From the human T2T-CHM13v2.0 reference genome, Homo sapiens, in NCBI RefSeq assembly GCF_009914755.1, contig NC_060929.1: 64,000 bases of DNA; one strand, given 5' to 3'. The notes beneath the pieces were generated by a model, which was not told where the DNA came from, searched no databases, and saw only the letters and a list, made by a program, of their open reading frames with translations. Shown piece after piece: positions 1-13,363 of this stretch. Both the position numbers and the translations under genes were made by a program. Positions within the stretch are counted from its first letter, which is position 1. Every line of letters starts with the position of its first letter.

Positions 1-103
1 AGCCCTGATCTGTGGAGCTTGGTGCTAAAGAAACAGGGTAAAGAGGTTATTGGCAATGGCAATATTTTCTTTTCACTAGGTCTTTCAAAAGATTAGCATA
101 AGT

Positions 104-468
<365 letters not shown>

Positions 469-939
469 TCAATGATCACTTCTAACCATACCATTTAACA
501 TCTTCAAAGATGACACCAAAGAACAGGTTATTATCAGTTTTTCCATCTTTAATCATCTTCGATGTACTTCTCTTAAGCAACAGTTTACTGCAACGAAACT
601 TTGAGTTCCAGAGGGACCCTTTAATACCCCTCTATATTTTTACCTGCCTTTCATATTCCTGTCCAGGCCCAGGAAACTTCAATGAGAGGCCTGCTCAGCA
701 CTGTCACTAAATAAATCAATGTTTTTTTCCATTGGAATTCAGTGAATCATCTATCTATGCACTTGTAAATTTCCTACCTCGTATGCTGAAATCTCCCCAA
801 ATTATGAAAAAATATTTATGCCATGGAATCTGGCTTGGCTTAGGTATATAGGAAGGTGAAGCTTTCAAACCTTTTCACCTGTTTTCCTTTGTTGCACCTC
901 AAGACACCCTTGGTAAATCACTCTGTGCTGGCTAATATA

Positions 940-1125
940 AGGCTCTGGAGTAATAGTCATCAGTTTGAAGTCTGGCTTCATCACTTATCAGCTGAGTTTG
1001 TCATTTAAAATTTTAAACAACAGGTTTATCACCTGTAAAATGCTAATAATGATTGTGTCTACATTGTAAGTATATTGTGAGGATTAATGAAGCAATATGT
1101 ATAAAATATGCCAGGCATATTGTAA
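940..1125 (+). mobile_element. MIR SINE fragment
   Basis: Degenerate core: TCACCTGTAAAATG...TTGTGAGGATTAATGA. Confidence 0.65.
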
Positions 1126-1215
1126 AAGCTAAAACAGGAGGATGGAAATGATGAAGAGTATTGTGGGGAAATCACCAGACAGGAAGCTGAAAGCAGAGGT
1201 TGGAGGCGGGCATAG

Positions 1216-1734
1216 TGTGATGGTTAATATTGAGTGTCAACTTGATTGGATTGAAGGATGCAAAGTATTGTTCCTGGGTCTGTCTATGAGGGTATTGCCA
1301 AAGGAGATTAACATTTGAGTCAATGGACTGGGAAATATAGACCCACCTTCAATCTGGGTGGGCACTATCTAATCAGTTGCCAGAGCGGCCAGAATAAAAA
1401 GCAGGCAGCAGAACATGGAAAGACTAGACTGGCTGAGTCTTCTGGCCTCCATCTTTCTCCTGTGCTGGATGCTTCCTGCCCTCGAACGTTGGACTCCAAG
1501 TTCTTCAGCTTTGAGACTCTTGAACCTTCGACCACAGACTGAAGGCTGCACTGTCCGCTTCCCTACTTTTGAGGTTTTGAGACTCGGACAGGCTTCCTTG
1601 CTCCTCAGCTTGCAGACGGCCTATTGTGGGACCTCACCTTGTGATCATGTGAGTCAATACTCCTTAATAAACTCCCCTTTATATATACATCTATCCTATT
1701 AGTTCTGTCCCTCTAGAGAGCCCTGACTAATACA
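1216..1734 (+). mobile_element. MLT2A (HERV-L) solo LTR, probably MLT2A2 by length
   Basis: Starts TGTGATGGTTAATATTGAGTGTCAACTTGATTGG, ends CCCTGACTAATACA; perfect 5-bp TSD CATAG at 1211-1215 and 1735-1739. Confidence 0.92.
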
Positions 1735-1855
1735 CATAGCATGGGTGGAAAACAATGGTTAGTTTCCCTCTTCCCCAATTTTGCATAGCTGTGTTCTTCT
1801 TACATGCCTGCAAGTGATGAGAGCCCCACTGTGTCCATCTTCTTATGCCTTTAGG

Positions 1856-2161
1856 GTTTTTTTTCTGTTTTTTGTTTTTGAGATAGAATCACACTCTGCC
1901 ACCCATGCTGAAGTGCAGTGGCTGAATCTCGGCTCACTTCAACCTCTGCCTCCTGGGTTCAAGCAATTCTCCTGCCTCACCCTCCATAGAAGCTGGGATT
2001 ACAGGTACATGCCACCACGCCTGGCTAATTTTTGTATTTTTAGTAGAAACAGGGTTTCATCATGTTGGCCAGGCTGGTCTTGAACTCCTGACCTCAGATG
2101 ATCCACCTGCCTCGGCCTCCCAAAATGCTGGGATTACAGGCATGAGCCACCACGCCTGGCC
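1856..2161 (-). mobile_element. AluS (Sx-like)
   Basis: T-rich tail on + strand, full dimer ending CCTGGCC, TSD GCCTTTAGG. Confidence 0.95.
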
Positions 2162-2454
2162 CGCCTTTAGGTTGTTTTGTAGAAAGTTTCAATGCCAAGA
2201 CCTACAATAGGTAAGATTTTCTGTAAACCCAAAATTCCCTTTATAAATTGGAGGGAACACATACCGAACCCCTGTCCCATCCCTTGTTTCTGCTGAAAAA
2301 CTGCATGTTCTTGTTTTACGGGATCTTCCTGGGTGTGTTTCAATAGAACAGATTCAAGAGTCCACCCACTGGTCATTCACTGAAGTTAGAAAGGTTGGTA
2401 TTGATGACAGATCACAGAGATGACCAACTAAGGCAGTTAAAAAATGATTGCAGA

Positions 2455-2779
<325 letters not shown>

Positions 2780-4734
2780 TTAGCCTGAGTCACTAAAAAT
2801 GGCAGCCTCAGTCTTTGGAGGGTTTTCTTATTGTTTGTATCAGCTGCTGAGGATATTCCGAGAAATCACTTTACATCAATCAAGAGAATAGAAAGAGGGT
2901 GAAAATGTCTCCCTGAAAAAGGCATTTCTCCAGCCCACCCCACCCTGGCCCAAATATTTGATGACTCTCAGAGCCAAGATAATCTGTTGGTAGATTTCAA
3001 GCTAACCTGATGTGGTCCACAGTGAGCAGTATTGAGGTTGAATGATTTCCTGTCTCTTTTTCAATTTTCATCTTCAGCCTTGGCACAAGCACCTGAAAAC
3101 CCATGGAAACTATTGTACAGTGCTAATGCTTTTCAAAATTTTTGAGTTTTTTGTTTGTTTGTTTTCTTGATCCAACATCCTAATCCTGTAGGCAGGGTCT
3201 GGAGGCGGGGGTACAGACACATATTGAATACCACCGTGGGACACAGTTTGAAGACCAGTGTGATAGGTTGCTGTAACCCAAATCCAAATGATCAGAAATA
3301 TGATAACAGCTGACTGTAGGACCAAAGGGTTCTATCCCAAGGTGAACTTGCTGTACAGCTTGACTGATGGCATGCACAGTTTTTCACCTCATAGAAAATA
3401 AGTTGTGTCTTGCCAAGCAGTAGAATTTGTTAATGGTTATCAGACAGAGTTTCCTTCTGGTGCATTCCCCCCTTAAGGTGAGTCAGCGGAGCTGAAACCA
3501 CATTGTTGGCCTCTCCCAAACCTTCCATGGTGGGGACTGTGTGCTTCCCTTTTCTTTGGAGATCTTTTCCCCTGTTCATCTGTAGAACTAAAATACATGC
3601 AAAACTTGCACAAGGAATTTGTTTCATTCTCCTTTGAAAGCTTCTGGTGGTTGAAAAGATGCAGGGAAGGAGGATGTTGAAGGGTCAAGGATGCTGTTGT
3701 GGAAAAGAGAAACAGACCATGAACCTGGGAAAGGACAGCGAAGGAATCCTGAACCATGCAATGCTGGAGGAGAGCAGGAGGAAGGGTCCTGCTCTCTTTC
3801 CTACTGGGATGTCACAGAAAGATGAAAATCAACTGGGAAACCTCAGGAAGGAGTTCCCCTTCAGAGAAGGAAATTGCTTCTCAGCTCACAGAGGCACTGA
3901 TAAAATACATCAGTGTCTATTCAAAACACAGCTGAATTTCTAGTCTGCATTGCCTGAAGCCAGATATTGGGGGCAATAGGTGGTCCAGAATGTAATTCAG
4001 AGCCACTATGTTTACTTTTACATGGAATGTGTTAATGTGAAGAAAGGATGAGCAAAATCATCTCATGACCATCCAAAAGCTATTGCTGCTTCTCTCTGCC
4101 TGTGGTCCCCTTTGAGTGAATCATAATCGTGGCAGGCTCAGGAGAAACCCCTACCCATGAGGGAGAAGTCCCTGGCCGAGTGGTGCATCTCTCCTGCCAG
4201 CAGTTAACTTACAATTCAAATGGTTACACCCTTGGCACAGAGTCAAGCAGACTGCCTTCTTATTCACATTGAGTGAGGATGGCTACGCTCTATATGTCAC
4301 AATCAAATAACTCAATAAGGATGATGGATGGAACAAATAATTATTGACAAACTTAATACATGTGTTTACGTATTCCTCCCAAAAGAAATAGCCTATGAGA
4401 ATGATAGGTTCTGCTTGTGATCATTAGCGTATAGTTTAATTTCCTCAAATATATTTATCTTAGAAGTTCTACATTTCATAAAAGAAAACCGAACACATCT
4501 TTTTATGAACTGATGTGAGCATTTGGAGTTACAGGAACACTTTTACATATGTGAGCGTTTCTTGCTACGGCCATTTTCAGTGTGAGCTGTGTCTTGTGTA
4601 TCTTTCACAAAGAACACAGTGCCTGAGGTGAAAATTGTAATGGATGGAGGGAGAGAGAAAGAAGGAAGGGAAGTTTCCATCATTAACAAGAGACAGAAGA
4701 GTGTTTTTTAGACTCTAGAGGGCATGTGAATCCC

Positions 4735-4870
4735 CAACAGAGCTACTTCAGAAAGGTAGATTCTCGAGCCCCACTCCCAAGAAATTTTGATTCAGCGATG
4801 GATATTGTCAACAAGTTCCCCCGGTTTTTCCGATACAGGTAGCCCGCAGGCCTCACACTGAAAAATGTTG
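4735..4870. mobile_element. MER5A-like hAT-Charlie MITE fragment
   Basis: AGATTCTCGAGCCCCACTCCCAAGAAATTTTGATTCAG...AACAAGTTCCCC...CACACTGAAAAA resembles MER5A. Confidence 0.55.
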
Positions 4871-7114
4871 TCATAGGAACTGTGACTATGACTAATCAGT
4901 TTTACCCTGTGGAGCATGAAGGTGGGTGTATTAGTCTCTGTCAATGTTTTCCAGAGTTATAGTCGCCTCTCTCTATAGAGAAGGAGAGTTGTTTACAGAA
5001 TTATGCAGACTGCTGGTGAGGGGACAAACCGATTCACCATTTCTGCTTTCAGCCGGACTCAGAGTTGTAGTTGCTGAAATGTCAGTATCTATTATTCCTC
5101 AGGGACCTGATGACTACAGAGCTGACGACTACAGACCTGACATTTTCCTTTTCTCGAGGTTCTTAGCTTTCTTTCAGATTCAAGCCAACCACGCCACATG
5201 ACTTTCTTGAGGGAACAAGAAAATCTAGTATATCATAAATATTAACTTTTCAGAAGTCTCCACTGCCAGAGCGTGTTAGGCAGCTTATTCAAGGTGCCGA
5301 TGTTATTGTGCTATCTGCCCCATGCTCAGCTCTTTTCTGTAATTCATATTTCTTCCAAAGTGGACTCTGCCACTGACTGACTGGATTCCTTTCCAGACGT
5401 TTCGATCTCCTTCCTGTCTGACATTTCTTGGCTCTCAACCCCCCACATCAAGTTGTATGTGGCCGCTGTCGTACAGCTAGATTAGATGATGTTTACTTTG
5501 TTCTGCAGGAGTGTTTGTCAGGGTTTTATGTAAGATTAAAGAAATCTCCGTAAGTTAAGACACCGTGCGCCGGGCTGCCTTCCATGCACTGGCCTTTGGC
5601 AGTCGCAAAAGATCTTTTACCCTGTACCATCTTTGGCTGCTTGACCGAAGCAAATGCCTATTGCTTTTGGCTTTTTTATGTTTGTTGCTGTTAGAGAACT
5701 CAGCAGAAACCTCCAGATAAACGCTTTAGTTGTCCAGGTAGGAAACCAAAGTGGACCCTGGGCAGTTTTATTTGGAGACCTCTTCTGCTTTTGTGATTGT
5801 GTGTGTGCTGGTGGTACTGGAATACAGGTCTCTGGGTTGGAGAGCTTGTGTTCCGGATGCTGGCAATTTGATGTGAATGTGCTAGGGGAAGTCTGTATAG
5901 ATTATCTTATTGGAAAGGCCAGATGGCAGCAAGCTCTAGAGTTCTAAGTCCCACTTTGCTCAAAGGTGCCTGAGGAATAGCAGCCTACTGACAGCTTGAA
6001 GTATGGTGCACTGGATAATTGGCTTCCTCATTTAGTAATTTGTCTGCTTTCTTTCCTCTTCCTCTGCTTCCTCTCTTCTTGTAAACTGATAGCCTCCTGC
6101 CTCTTCAATAGACTGATAAAGAGTCCCTGAGCAGCAGCTAAAGGGAGGGGGTGGCCAGAGCCCCAGGTGGAGAGAGTCATTTGGAAAACTGACACAGAAA
6201 ATTACCATCCTTCTTTTCTGCTTTTCCTCTGCTTCGGTATCTCGATTTTAGTCTCTCCCTTTCATTTTCCTGTTATCTTCCATCACTGTCCCTTGCCACT
6301 TCATCTTATATATATATTTTTCTTTTATGGAAAAGAAAATTTCTTTGCTATTTTGTCTCTTTCTTTCTACTTTTTTCATCTTTCCCTTTTTTTTCTTTTA
6401 TCCCCCTCATTCTGTTCCCTTTGCCTTCTTTGCTTTTGCAATTGTTCTAGTTAAAACTTAATTCAAAACAGGAAATTGCATCACATTTATTCAGGTTAAA
6501 TTACCTTTTCCTTTTTTCATGTTTTTCTCTCCAAGGAAGAAAAAAAAATTGAAAAGCACATTTCCGGCTCCTTCTGGCACCTCCATCCCCTCAAATGTGT
6601 TTATCTTTAGGTGTTGGAAGTCTCAGGACACAACATTTCTGCTTCATTGAAAGTGCAGATGCACCCTCAGAGCTTTTACCCTTGGACCTGGAGAATGACG
6701 TCTGCTTTCACTTAATAAGTCATTTTGTTCTCCAGGTGGAATTCAGATTATTCTGTGGCAAATTTAGGAGAAGACCTGCCCCTGGTGCTGGAAGAGTTGG
6801 GTCAGATGCCTTAGCCTGTTTGCAGTCTGGAGGGTTGACATTGAAGTTCACCAGCTCCTCAAAATGCCCCCAGATGTTGAGCCATCCTGACAACAGAGGT
6901 AGAAGAAGGTCTCTGCCTCTGCCTTGTGGTAGACCAGTTGACTCCCCGGTCACCTACTGTTCCTTCTACCATCATAAGGCAGCCTGAGTGAACACCACTG
7001 ACAAGGGACCTTGTTCAGAGGTAGGGGGACAGCTGCTGCATTCCACTACTCATCCCCATTTTTTTTTCTTATAGTTTACAGAGGCTGCCTGGGCCAGTGG
7101 CTCCCATTTTGTTT

Positions 7115-7330
7115 TAGAGAGCAGAGAATGGACCCTGGAGTCAGGATACTCCAGTTCAAATCCCACCTCTACCAACTGTGCTGTGACCTTAGGCAAATCA
7201 CTCTGCCTCTCTGAACCTCAGTTCCCACCTGAGCTTCATGAGGAACTTTTGGCTGTTTTGTTCATAGCTGTATCCCCAGCATCTATCATACCTGACACAT
7301 AGGAGGTGTTCAATTAAATACATTCCAGGG
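7115..7330 (+). mobile_element. MIR fragment followed by L2 3' end
   Basis: TGTGACCTTAGGCAAATCACTCTGCCTCTCTGAACCTCAGTTCCC (MIR); TTGTTCATAGCTGTATCCCCAGCA...CACATAGGAGGTGTTCAATTAAATA (L2). Confidence 0.7.
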
Positions 7331-7334
7331 ATGA

Positions 7335-8010
7335 ATGTAGTGGTTAAGAACAAGGACTTCATGCCAGATTGCCTGAGTTCAAATTCCAGCTTGCCACTTA
7401 CTAAGTATGTGAACGCGGGCAAGTCACTTCATCTGCTGGGCTCAATTTCTTCATCTGGGAAGACATAAACGATTGGCATTGATGTCCGAAGCCTACCGTA
7501 ACAGATTACCACTGACTTGGTAGCTTAAAACAATAGGAATGTATTCTCTCAGTGGCGAAGGGCAGAAGTCCAAAATCAAGGTGTTAACAGAGCCATGCCC
7601 GCTCTGAAGGCTCTAGGGGAGAATCCCCTCTTGCCTCTTCTAGCTTCTGGTGGCACCAGGTGGTCATTGGCTGTGGCAGCATCACTCCAGCCTCTGCCTA
7701 GTTCTTCACTTGGCCTTTTCTTCTTCTCTGTGTCTTCTCCTCTTCCATCTCCTATAAAGACATTTGTCACTGGGTTTAGGACATGCCCCAATAATCCAAG
7801 TTAATTTCATCTTGAGATCTTAACTTAATTATACCCACAGATATCCTTTTTCCAAATAAAGTCCCATCTACGAGTTCTAGGGGTTAGGATGTGGTCATGT
7901 CTTTTTAGGGACCACCATTCAACCCACTACAGGGTTGCCGTGTTGATCAGTTGAGCTAATATATATCAAATGCTTAGTTAGGACAGTGCCTTGCATGCAG
8001 TAAGAGCAAA
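7335..8010 (+). mobile_element. MIR split by an MLT1 LTR
   Basis: MIR 5' part at 7335-7465 (GTGGTTAAGAAC...TTCTTCATCTG) resumes at about 7932 (GGGTTGCCGTG...ACAGTGCCTTGCATGCAGTAAG). Confidence 0.65.
7474..7931 (-). mobile_element. MLT1C-like MaLR solo LTR
   Basis: AAGTCCAAAATCAAGGTG...GGCTCTAGGGGAGAATCC...CCATTCAACCCACTACA. Confidence 0.8.
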
Positions 8011-8026
8011 TTAAGTGCTTTTTAAA

Positions 8027-8176
8027 TTTTATCTTCAATTTTTTAATTTTTTTTTTTTTAAGAGATAGGGTTTTGCAATGTTGTCTAGGCTGGACTCAAA
8101 CTTCTGGGCTCAAGGGATCCTCCTGCCTCAGTCTCCTGAGTAGCTGGGACTATAGGTGTGAGCCACTGCACCTAGA
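8027..8176 (-). mobile_element. FLAM (free Alu monomer)
   Basis: Single monomer with GGGCTCAAGGGATCCTCC; TSD AGTGCTTTTT at 8014-8023 and 8179-8188. Confidence 0.85.
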
Positions 8177-9934
8177 TTAGTGCTTTTTCAGATCTTACAA
8201 TAATCCTATAATAAAAGCTGAGACAGAAGTTGTAAATTACTACAGTGTCTGGCACATGGTAAGTGCTCAGGGGATGTTAGTTATTAATTTAACAATTTTG
8301 GACCAAAGGCCTACTGTGTGTCAGGTATTCTGTTCTAAGTGCCAGGAATGCAGTAATAATAAATAATAAGTAATTAATAATAATAAAGGACAAAGAACAC
8401 CAAAAAGGCTTTCCCCTTGCCTGTGCTTACATTCCAGTGTTTTTGTGAATACAATTCTCACCAGCCCCACCATCATCATAAATGCCAGCCTTGTAATACC
8501 AAGCTACCCAAACAAGATGCTGAAGAATGAGTTTCCTATGTGGAAGGGGTCAATGAAGACAGCCCATAGTCAAACCAAATTTCTGCTTGTGGTTTCAAAA
8601 GGATGAAAGATCCATTTTAGCTTTAGTAAAACAGGGTTCAAAGGTCTGGAGTTTGGTTTACTAGGGAGTTTTTTTGTTTTGTTTTGTTTTGTTTTGTTTC
8701 CAATTTGTTGAGATTTGGTAGACAAGCAAGGGGCATCAGTCTTGTCTGAAAGTTCTGTCAGCTCATGGTCTGGAGGTGGTGCCCAGGCTGCTGGTGGGGA
8801 AGGGCCCAGTGGAGGCAGGGCTGTTGGGGATGAGGCTGAGAGGCCTATGGGCAGAGGGCCACAGGGTGCATTAACCTCAGAGAGCAGCAATGCTGGTCCC
8901 TGTTGCTGTGACAACAGCAGACCGCGCCAGGAGACCCAGAGGATGAATTAAATGGAAGGAAATTGCTGGTGCCCTCAGAAGAAAAAAGAAATTAAAGCAA
9001 GCTTCTCAGGAATCTGTGGATGTTGCTGTGACCTCCACTCGTGTTGAACATGTCAGCAAGGAACATTCTTGGCGATGGGGTTGGGAGGACCTGCCTTGCC
9101 CACAGGATGTCCTTCGGAAAAAGAAGATTGATTGCACAAATCACAGACGCTAACTTTCCCTGGCTGGCCCTGGAACAAGAAACCCCCCTCCACAGTGAGT
9201 GCCAGGCTGTGCTCAGCAATGGCAGGATGGCCCATTTTATCTTCCAGCTTATCCCACATCTGTTGAGTTTGCCCCGATGGGACATGGTGACCTGGAAACT
9301 CACACAGAGCTCAGTTTCGGGATGGATCGTATAGAAAATAAACACATGGGATAAATACAGCACAGGGCAGGAAGAAATGGTTTTAAAGTTACCAGGAGAA
9401 CTGCGGGTGAGGTCAGGTTCAGAAATGGGACTGATTTCGGAGGCCCTTAGTACTGACATCACTCAAATTGCTCAACAGAGACCTCCAAGTGGAGCAGTGG
9501 CTTTTGGAGTTTGCCCAGCTCTATGTGTGCTACCAGGCAGAAGTGCTCTGACCTAGTTTTCTTTCTTTCTTTTTTTTTTTAAAGAAAATTTTACTGCTTG
9601 TTGTGAGGCCTCCAACAGGGCACTGAACTCGAGTAGATTTTTTTTTTTCTTACTATTTTACATGTCAGGTTCCACATCTCTCTCACAGAGACGTGCCGGC
9701 CTCCAAATGGGCTGCCTGGCGACAGGACCAAAGTGAGAGCCTGGGCATGGCGTCAGCCTCTGTCCTTTTGCTCCCTCAGCTCAGGCTGCATCCCAAGGCA
9801 CTGGGATTCTGTGTTTAGGGCTCTGCCCTGCTGAGAAAGAGAGAAAATGGCCTTTTGAGGGATTGAACCAGAGGGCAGCCTGCAATACAACCTCCTGGTA
9901 ATTGAATCGTGAGTCCTCAAGCCCTCGCTGCAAA

Positions 9935-10508
9935 TACGCCAGCAGCTCTCCTTTGCATTTAGAATAGCATCCAGACTCTTCATCATGGTCTCTGAGGCCC
10001 TGCCTGACCTGGTTCCTGCCTACTTCCCCGCCCTCGCCCTCCAGCACTTTGCCTTCCTCCTGCCTTTCCAGCCACAGGCATGCTCTTTCTGTTCTTCAAG
10101 TTCCCCAGGCTCATTTCCTCCCCAGGATCTTTGCACGTGGTCCTGACCTCTGCTTGGACAGCTCTGACCCCAGATTCCCATGTGTTGACTCCTCATCTGA
10201 TTTGCACTCAGACATCACTTTCTCAAACAAACCTAGGCCACCACCTTGTGCAAAATGGCCCTGCCGCCCATGGGTCACTACTGGTCACAGCCCTGTGCTT
10301 GCTTTCCTTCTTGGCATTTATTGCTATCTGAGGTCATCTTATTCAGTTATTTGTTTACTCCTTTGTCGTAGCCCCCCATCCTACCCCCCAGTGTAAGCTC
10401 CGTGAAAACAATGAGTCTGTAATTCTTGTTCAACATTCTTATCCCAATCTCTAAAACAGTGCCTGGCTTATGGTGGGTACTTAATAAATATTTGTTAAGT
10501 GAATGACT
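9935..10508 (+). mobile_element. L2 LINE 3' end
   Basis: CATTTAGAATAGCATCCAGACTCTT...ACAGTGCCTGGC...AATAAATATTTGTTAAGTGAATGA. Confidence 0.85.
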
Positions 10509-10689
10509 GCTTACCAAGAGAGTGACCTTTCCAAAATCTTGCCAGGAGAAGAAGGATTGAAAATCCTCAAGGAATGAGTTTCCCTTGGCCCAATAAGCCC
10601 GATTTTAAAGGATACAGGCTGTCTCCACAGAGATGCTCTTGCCCAAAGTCTCAGTTAATTGAATCTGATAATCACTGTTTGGGGTTGGA

Positions 10690-11200
10690 GTGTACCTGTT
10701 AGGACAGTTTCTGCTACAAGAAACAGAAAACCCGATTAAAACTCACTTAAATAGTTAGGACATTCACTAGATCACTTAACAGGAAATCCTAGGGTAGGGC
10801 TCTTCCAGGGTCAGTGAATTCAGTGGCTAATGATAGTATCAAGGATTCGAGTTCTTTCGATCTGTCCATTCTGCCATTCTCTATCTATAGCTGTTTCTCT
10901 TAGGTTTGTCCTCTCATGTCACAGGATGACTGCATTAACCAAGGGTATCATCTCAATAGTCAAAAAGACCAGAAGAGGGAATGAGCCTCTTTTCCTTTTT
11001 AAGAGCAAAATGAGTTTCTTAGCAGACTTTCCTTCCTGTCCCCTTGGCCAGAGTTGTAACACATACTTATTCCTAAAACACTCACTGGCAAGCGGAATCC
11101 TCCTCTATTTGGCTTTGACTAATAACAGTTCATCTCCTGGGATGAGAGAGGGGCCTAACTTCCCCCAACACACCTAGCCTCCAGATACATGCGTCAGTTG
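10690..11200 (-). mobile_element. Old MLT1 (J/K/L-type) LTR remnant
   Basis: GTTAGGACAGTTTCTGCTACAAGAAACAGAAAACCC...CACTTAAAT resembles the reverse of an MLT1J-L 3' end. Confidence 0.55.
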
Positions 11201-12159
11201 GAAGCTGTTAGGTTGACATCTACAAGCTCTACTATAAAATGAAAGGCCTTCTGACTATAGCGCTTTTTAGAGCACAGATCACCCTGTTAGCAGGTGATGG
11301 ACTTGGAGAAATCCTTAGACACCCAATTAAGTAAACTTTAAGGCCACATTAACAAAAGCAGAGTGTCATAGGAAAGTGGAGAAAATGGGATAAAAATAGA
11401 AGTAAAAGGGGAAAGAGGAAGTATGAAGTATTCATGGTCCGTGATGATAGAACTTCATCTAAAAGAATTAAGTGTCGCATAGCTTCTTTGTTCATTGACC
11501 TCAGTTGTCCTCTATTTATTGGGGCTGTGTTGTTAAGTTTAAACAATGCTCACTGAACATCTACTTCATACTAGATTCTGGTCCAGAATTTTGTTTTCCC
11601 AAGCAGCGTTTCACTCAATCATGTCTGTTATTCATTCTCAAAAATTTCTAGAAAAGGAGATGCTGTCATTAACCTTATAGCCCTTAGTCTGTGACTTCAA
11701 GGAAGACTTTTTGCCTCGGAAATACCTAAGAGAAGAGTAAACCCTTTGGGTCTCTGCATACAATTTCTCTGGAGACCAATCTTTGACAGCCTATGGCCTG
11801 ACCAAATGTATTTTCTCAGGATATCACAAGGGATACTTTAGTTTTCAGTATTTAACACTAATGAGATATTCTCATCTCTTTGTTTTCTTTGGTGCTATTT
11901 TCATGGCAGATTTATTAAGAAAAAGTACAACCACATTATCTCCTGGCTGCTGAAAACATTTGGTATCAATATAGCATTCTACCTTTGTTATGATCGGTAT
12001 CTCCATTCCTCTATGAGTAAATACTACTACTCATATTTTGCTTTAACCAAATCCTATAGGAGTTAGTCCTCATAAAAATATTTTTATTCCTGCTTCCCAC
12101 CATCTTTCTTTGAAAAGACTGGTGACCTAAACTATTCCCCCTCTTTCCATGCATCACAG

Positions 12160-12627
12160 TGAGAAGCAGCTCACTGTGCACTGGTATCAACTTGCCTCAG
12201 TCTGGTGAGACAGAACACCCGTACATACAATGAGTTACACAGAGTGGGTTTATTACTTTTGGATAGGCAGCAAGGGACAGCAGAAGCCTAGGATTCAGGG
12301 TGAGACAGTCCCCCAAGGCTCAGGAAAACTGTCCGGGGCAGTTGGGGTCTCAACTGCACATGCCCCACTTGGATAATAGCTGAGGGACCCCAGAAAACAG
12401 CTCACCCTGGTTTCATACACAGAGGTCACATGATTCACTGGTATAAAGCATTGAAGGACATCCTGTTTCTAAGTGGGGACTGGAACAGAGCCTGGCTGTT
12501 CTAGCCAGCTCACTCTTATCTCAGAATGTTGAATTCTCAGCCCATCCTACAGTTATTCATGAGAACTACAAGTGAGAAAAGGGAGAGAACCGGGTCAGTC
12601 CAAGGACACCTGGAAAACTGTCCTACA
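12160..12627 (-). mobile_element. ERVL solo LTR (LTR32-like)
   Basis: TG...CA ends; minus-strand AATAAA; motifs CTAGGCTTCTGCTGTCCCTTGCTGCCTATC and GGATGTCCTTCAA; near-TSD CACAG/CCCAG. Confidence 0.75.
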
Positions 12628-12819
12628 CCCAGGACTGTAATGGACTATGTCAGTCTTACCTAATAACAACTTTGTTATTTTTTTTTATTTTTGTTCATTT
12701 TTGTTTTTATTGTTTAATTATTAAATACTTCAGCCTACACAAACAATACAACAGACATCCATTTACTCATCACTCACATTAACAACTGTGTTAACATTTT
12801 GTCATATTCACTTCAGATC

Positions 12820-13278
12820 TTTATTTATTTATTTATTTATTTTATTATTATTACACTTTAAGTTTTAGGGTACATGTGCACAATGTGCAGGTTTGTTACA
12901 TATGTATACATGCGCCATGTTGGTGTGCTGCACCCATCAACTAGTCATTTAGCATTAGGTATATCTCCTAATGCTATCCCTCCCCCCTCCCCCTACCCCA
13001 CAACAGTCCCCAGAGTGTGATGTTCCCCTTCCTGTGTCCATGTGTTCTCATTGTTCAATTACCACCTATGAGTGAGAACGTGCAGTGTTTGGTTTTTTGT
13101 CCTTGCAGCACTATTCACAATAGCGAAGACTTGGAACCAATCCAAATGTCCAACAACGATAGACTGGATTAAGAAAATGTGGCACATATACACCATGGAA
13201 TACTATGCAGCCATAAAAAAATGAAGAGTTCATGTCCTTTGTAGGGACATGGATGAAACTGGAAATCCTCTTTCTCAG
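12820..13278 (-). mobile_element. L1PA3/4-like 5'-truncated insertion with 5' inversion (twin priming)
   Basis: 12820-13106 is the L1 3' end on -; 13103-13278 is the adjacent upstream L1 segment on +; TSD TCAGATCTTTATTT at 12813-12826 and 13275-13288. Confidence 0.92.
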
Positions 13279-13363
13279 ATCTTTATTTTTTAAGGCAAGA
13301 AACATTATAGCTAAAGTCCTTTCCTCCATCCCCAGAATAAACCGTTAACTGAAAGTTGATGTG

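Noticed and set aside
480-710. Coding-looking stretch (66-aa ORF on +; KLLLKRSTSKMIKDGKTDNNLFFGVIFEDVK on -)
   Set aside because: No protein family recognised, weak acceptor site, and no poly-A or TSD to suggest a processed pseudogene. A tblastx search would settle it.
8992-9462. 156-aa ORF on - (also 6595-6987, 29602-30021 and 56601-57086)
   Set aside because: No recognisable homology, overlapping antisense ORFs of similar length, or partly LTR-derived; consistent with chance.
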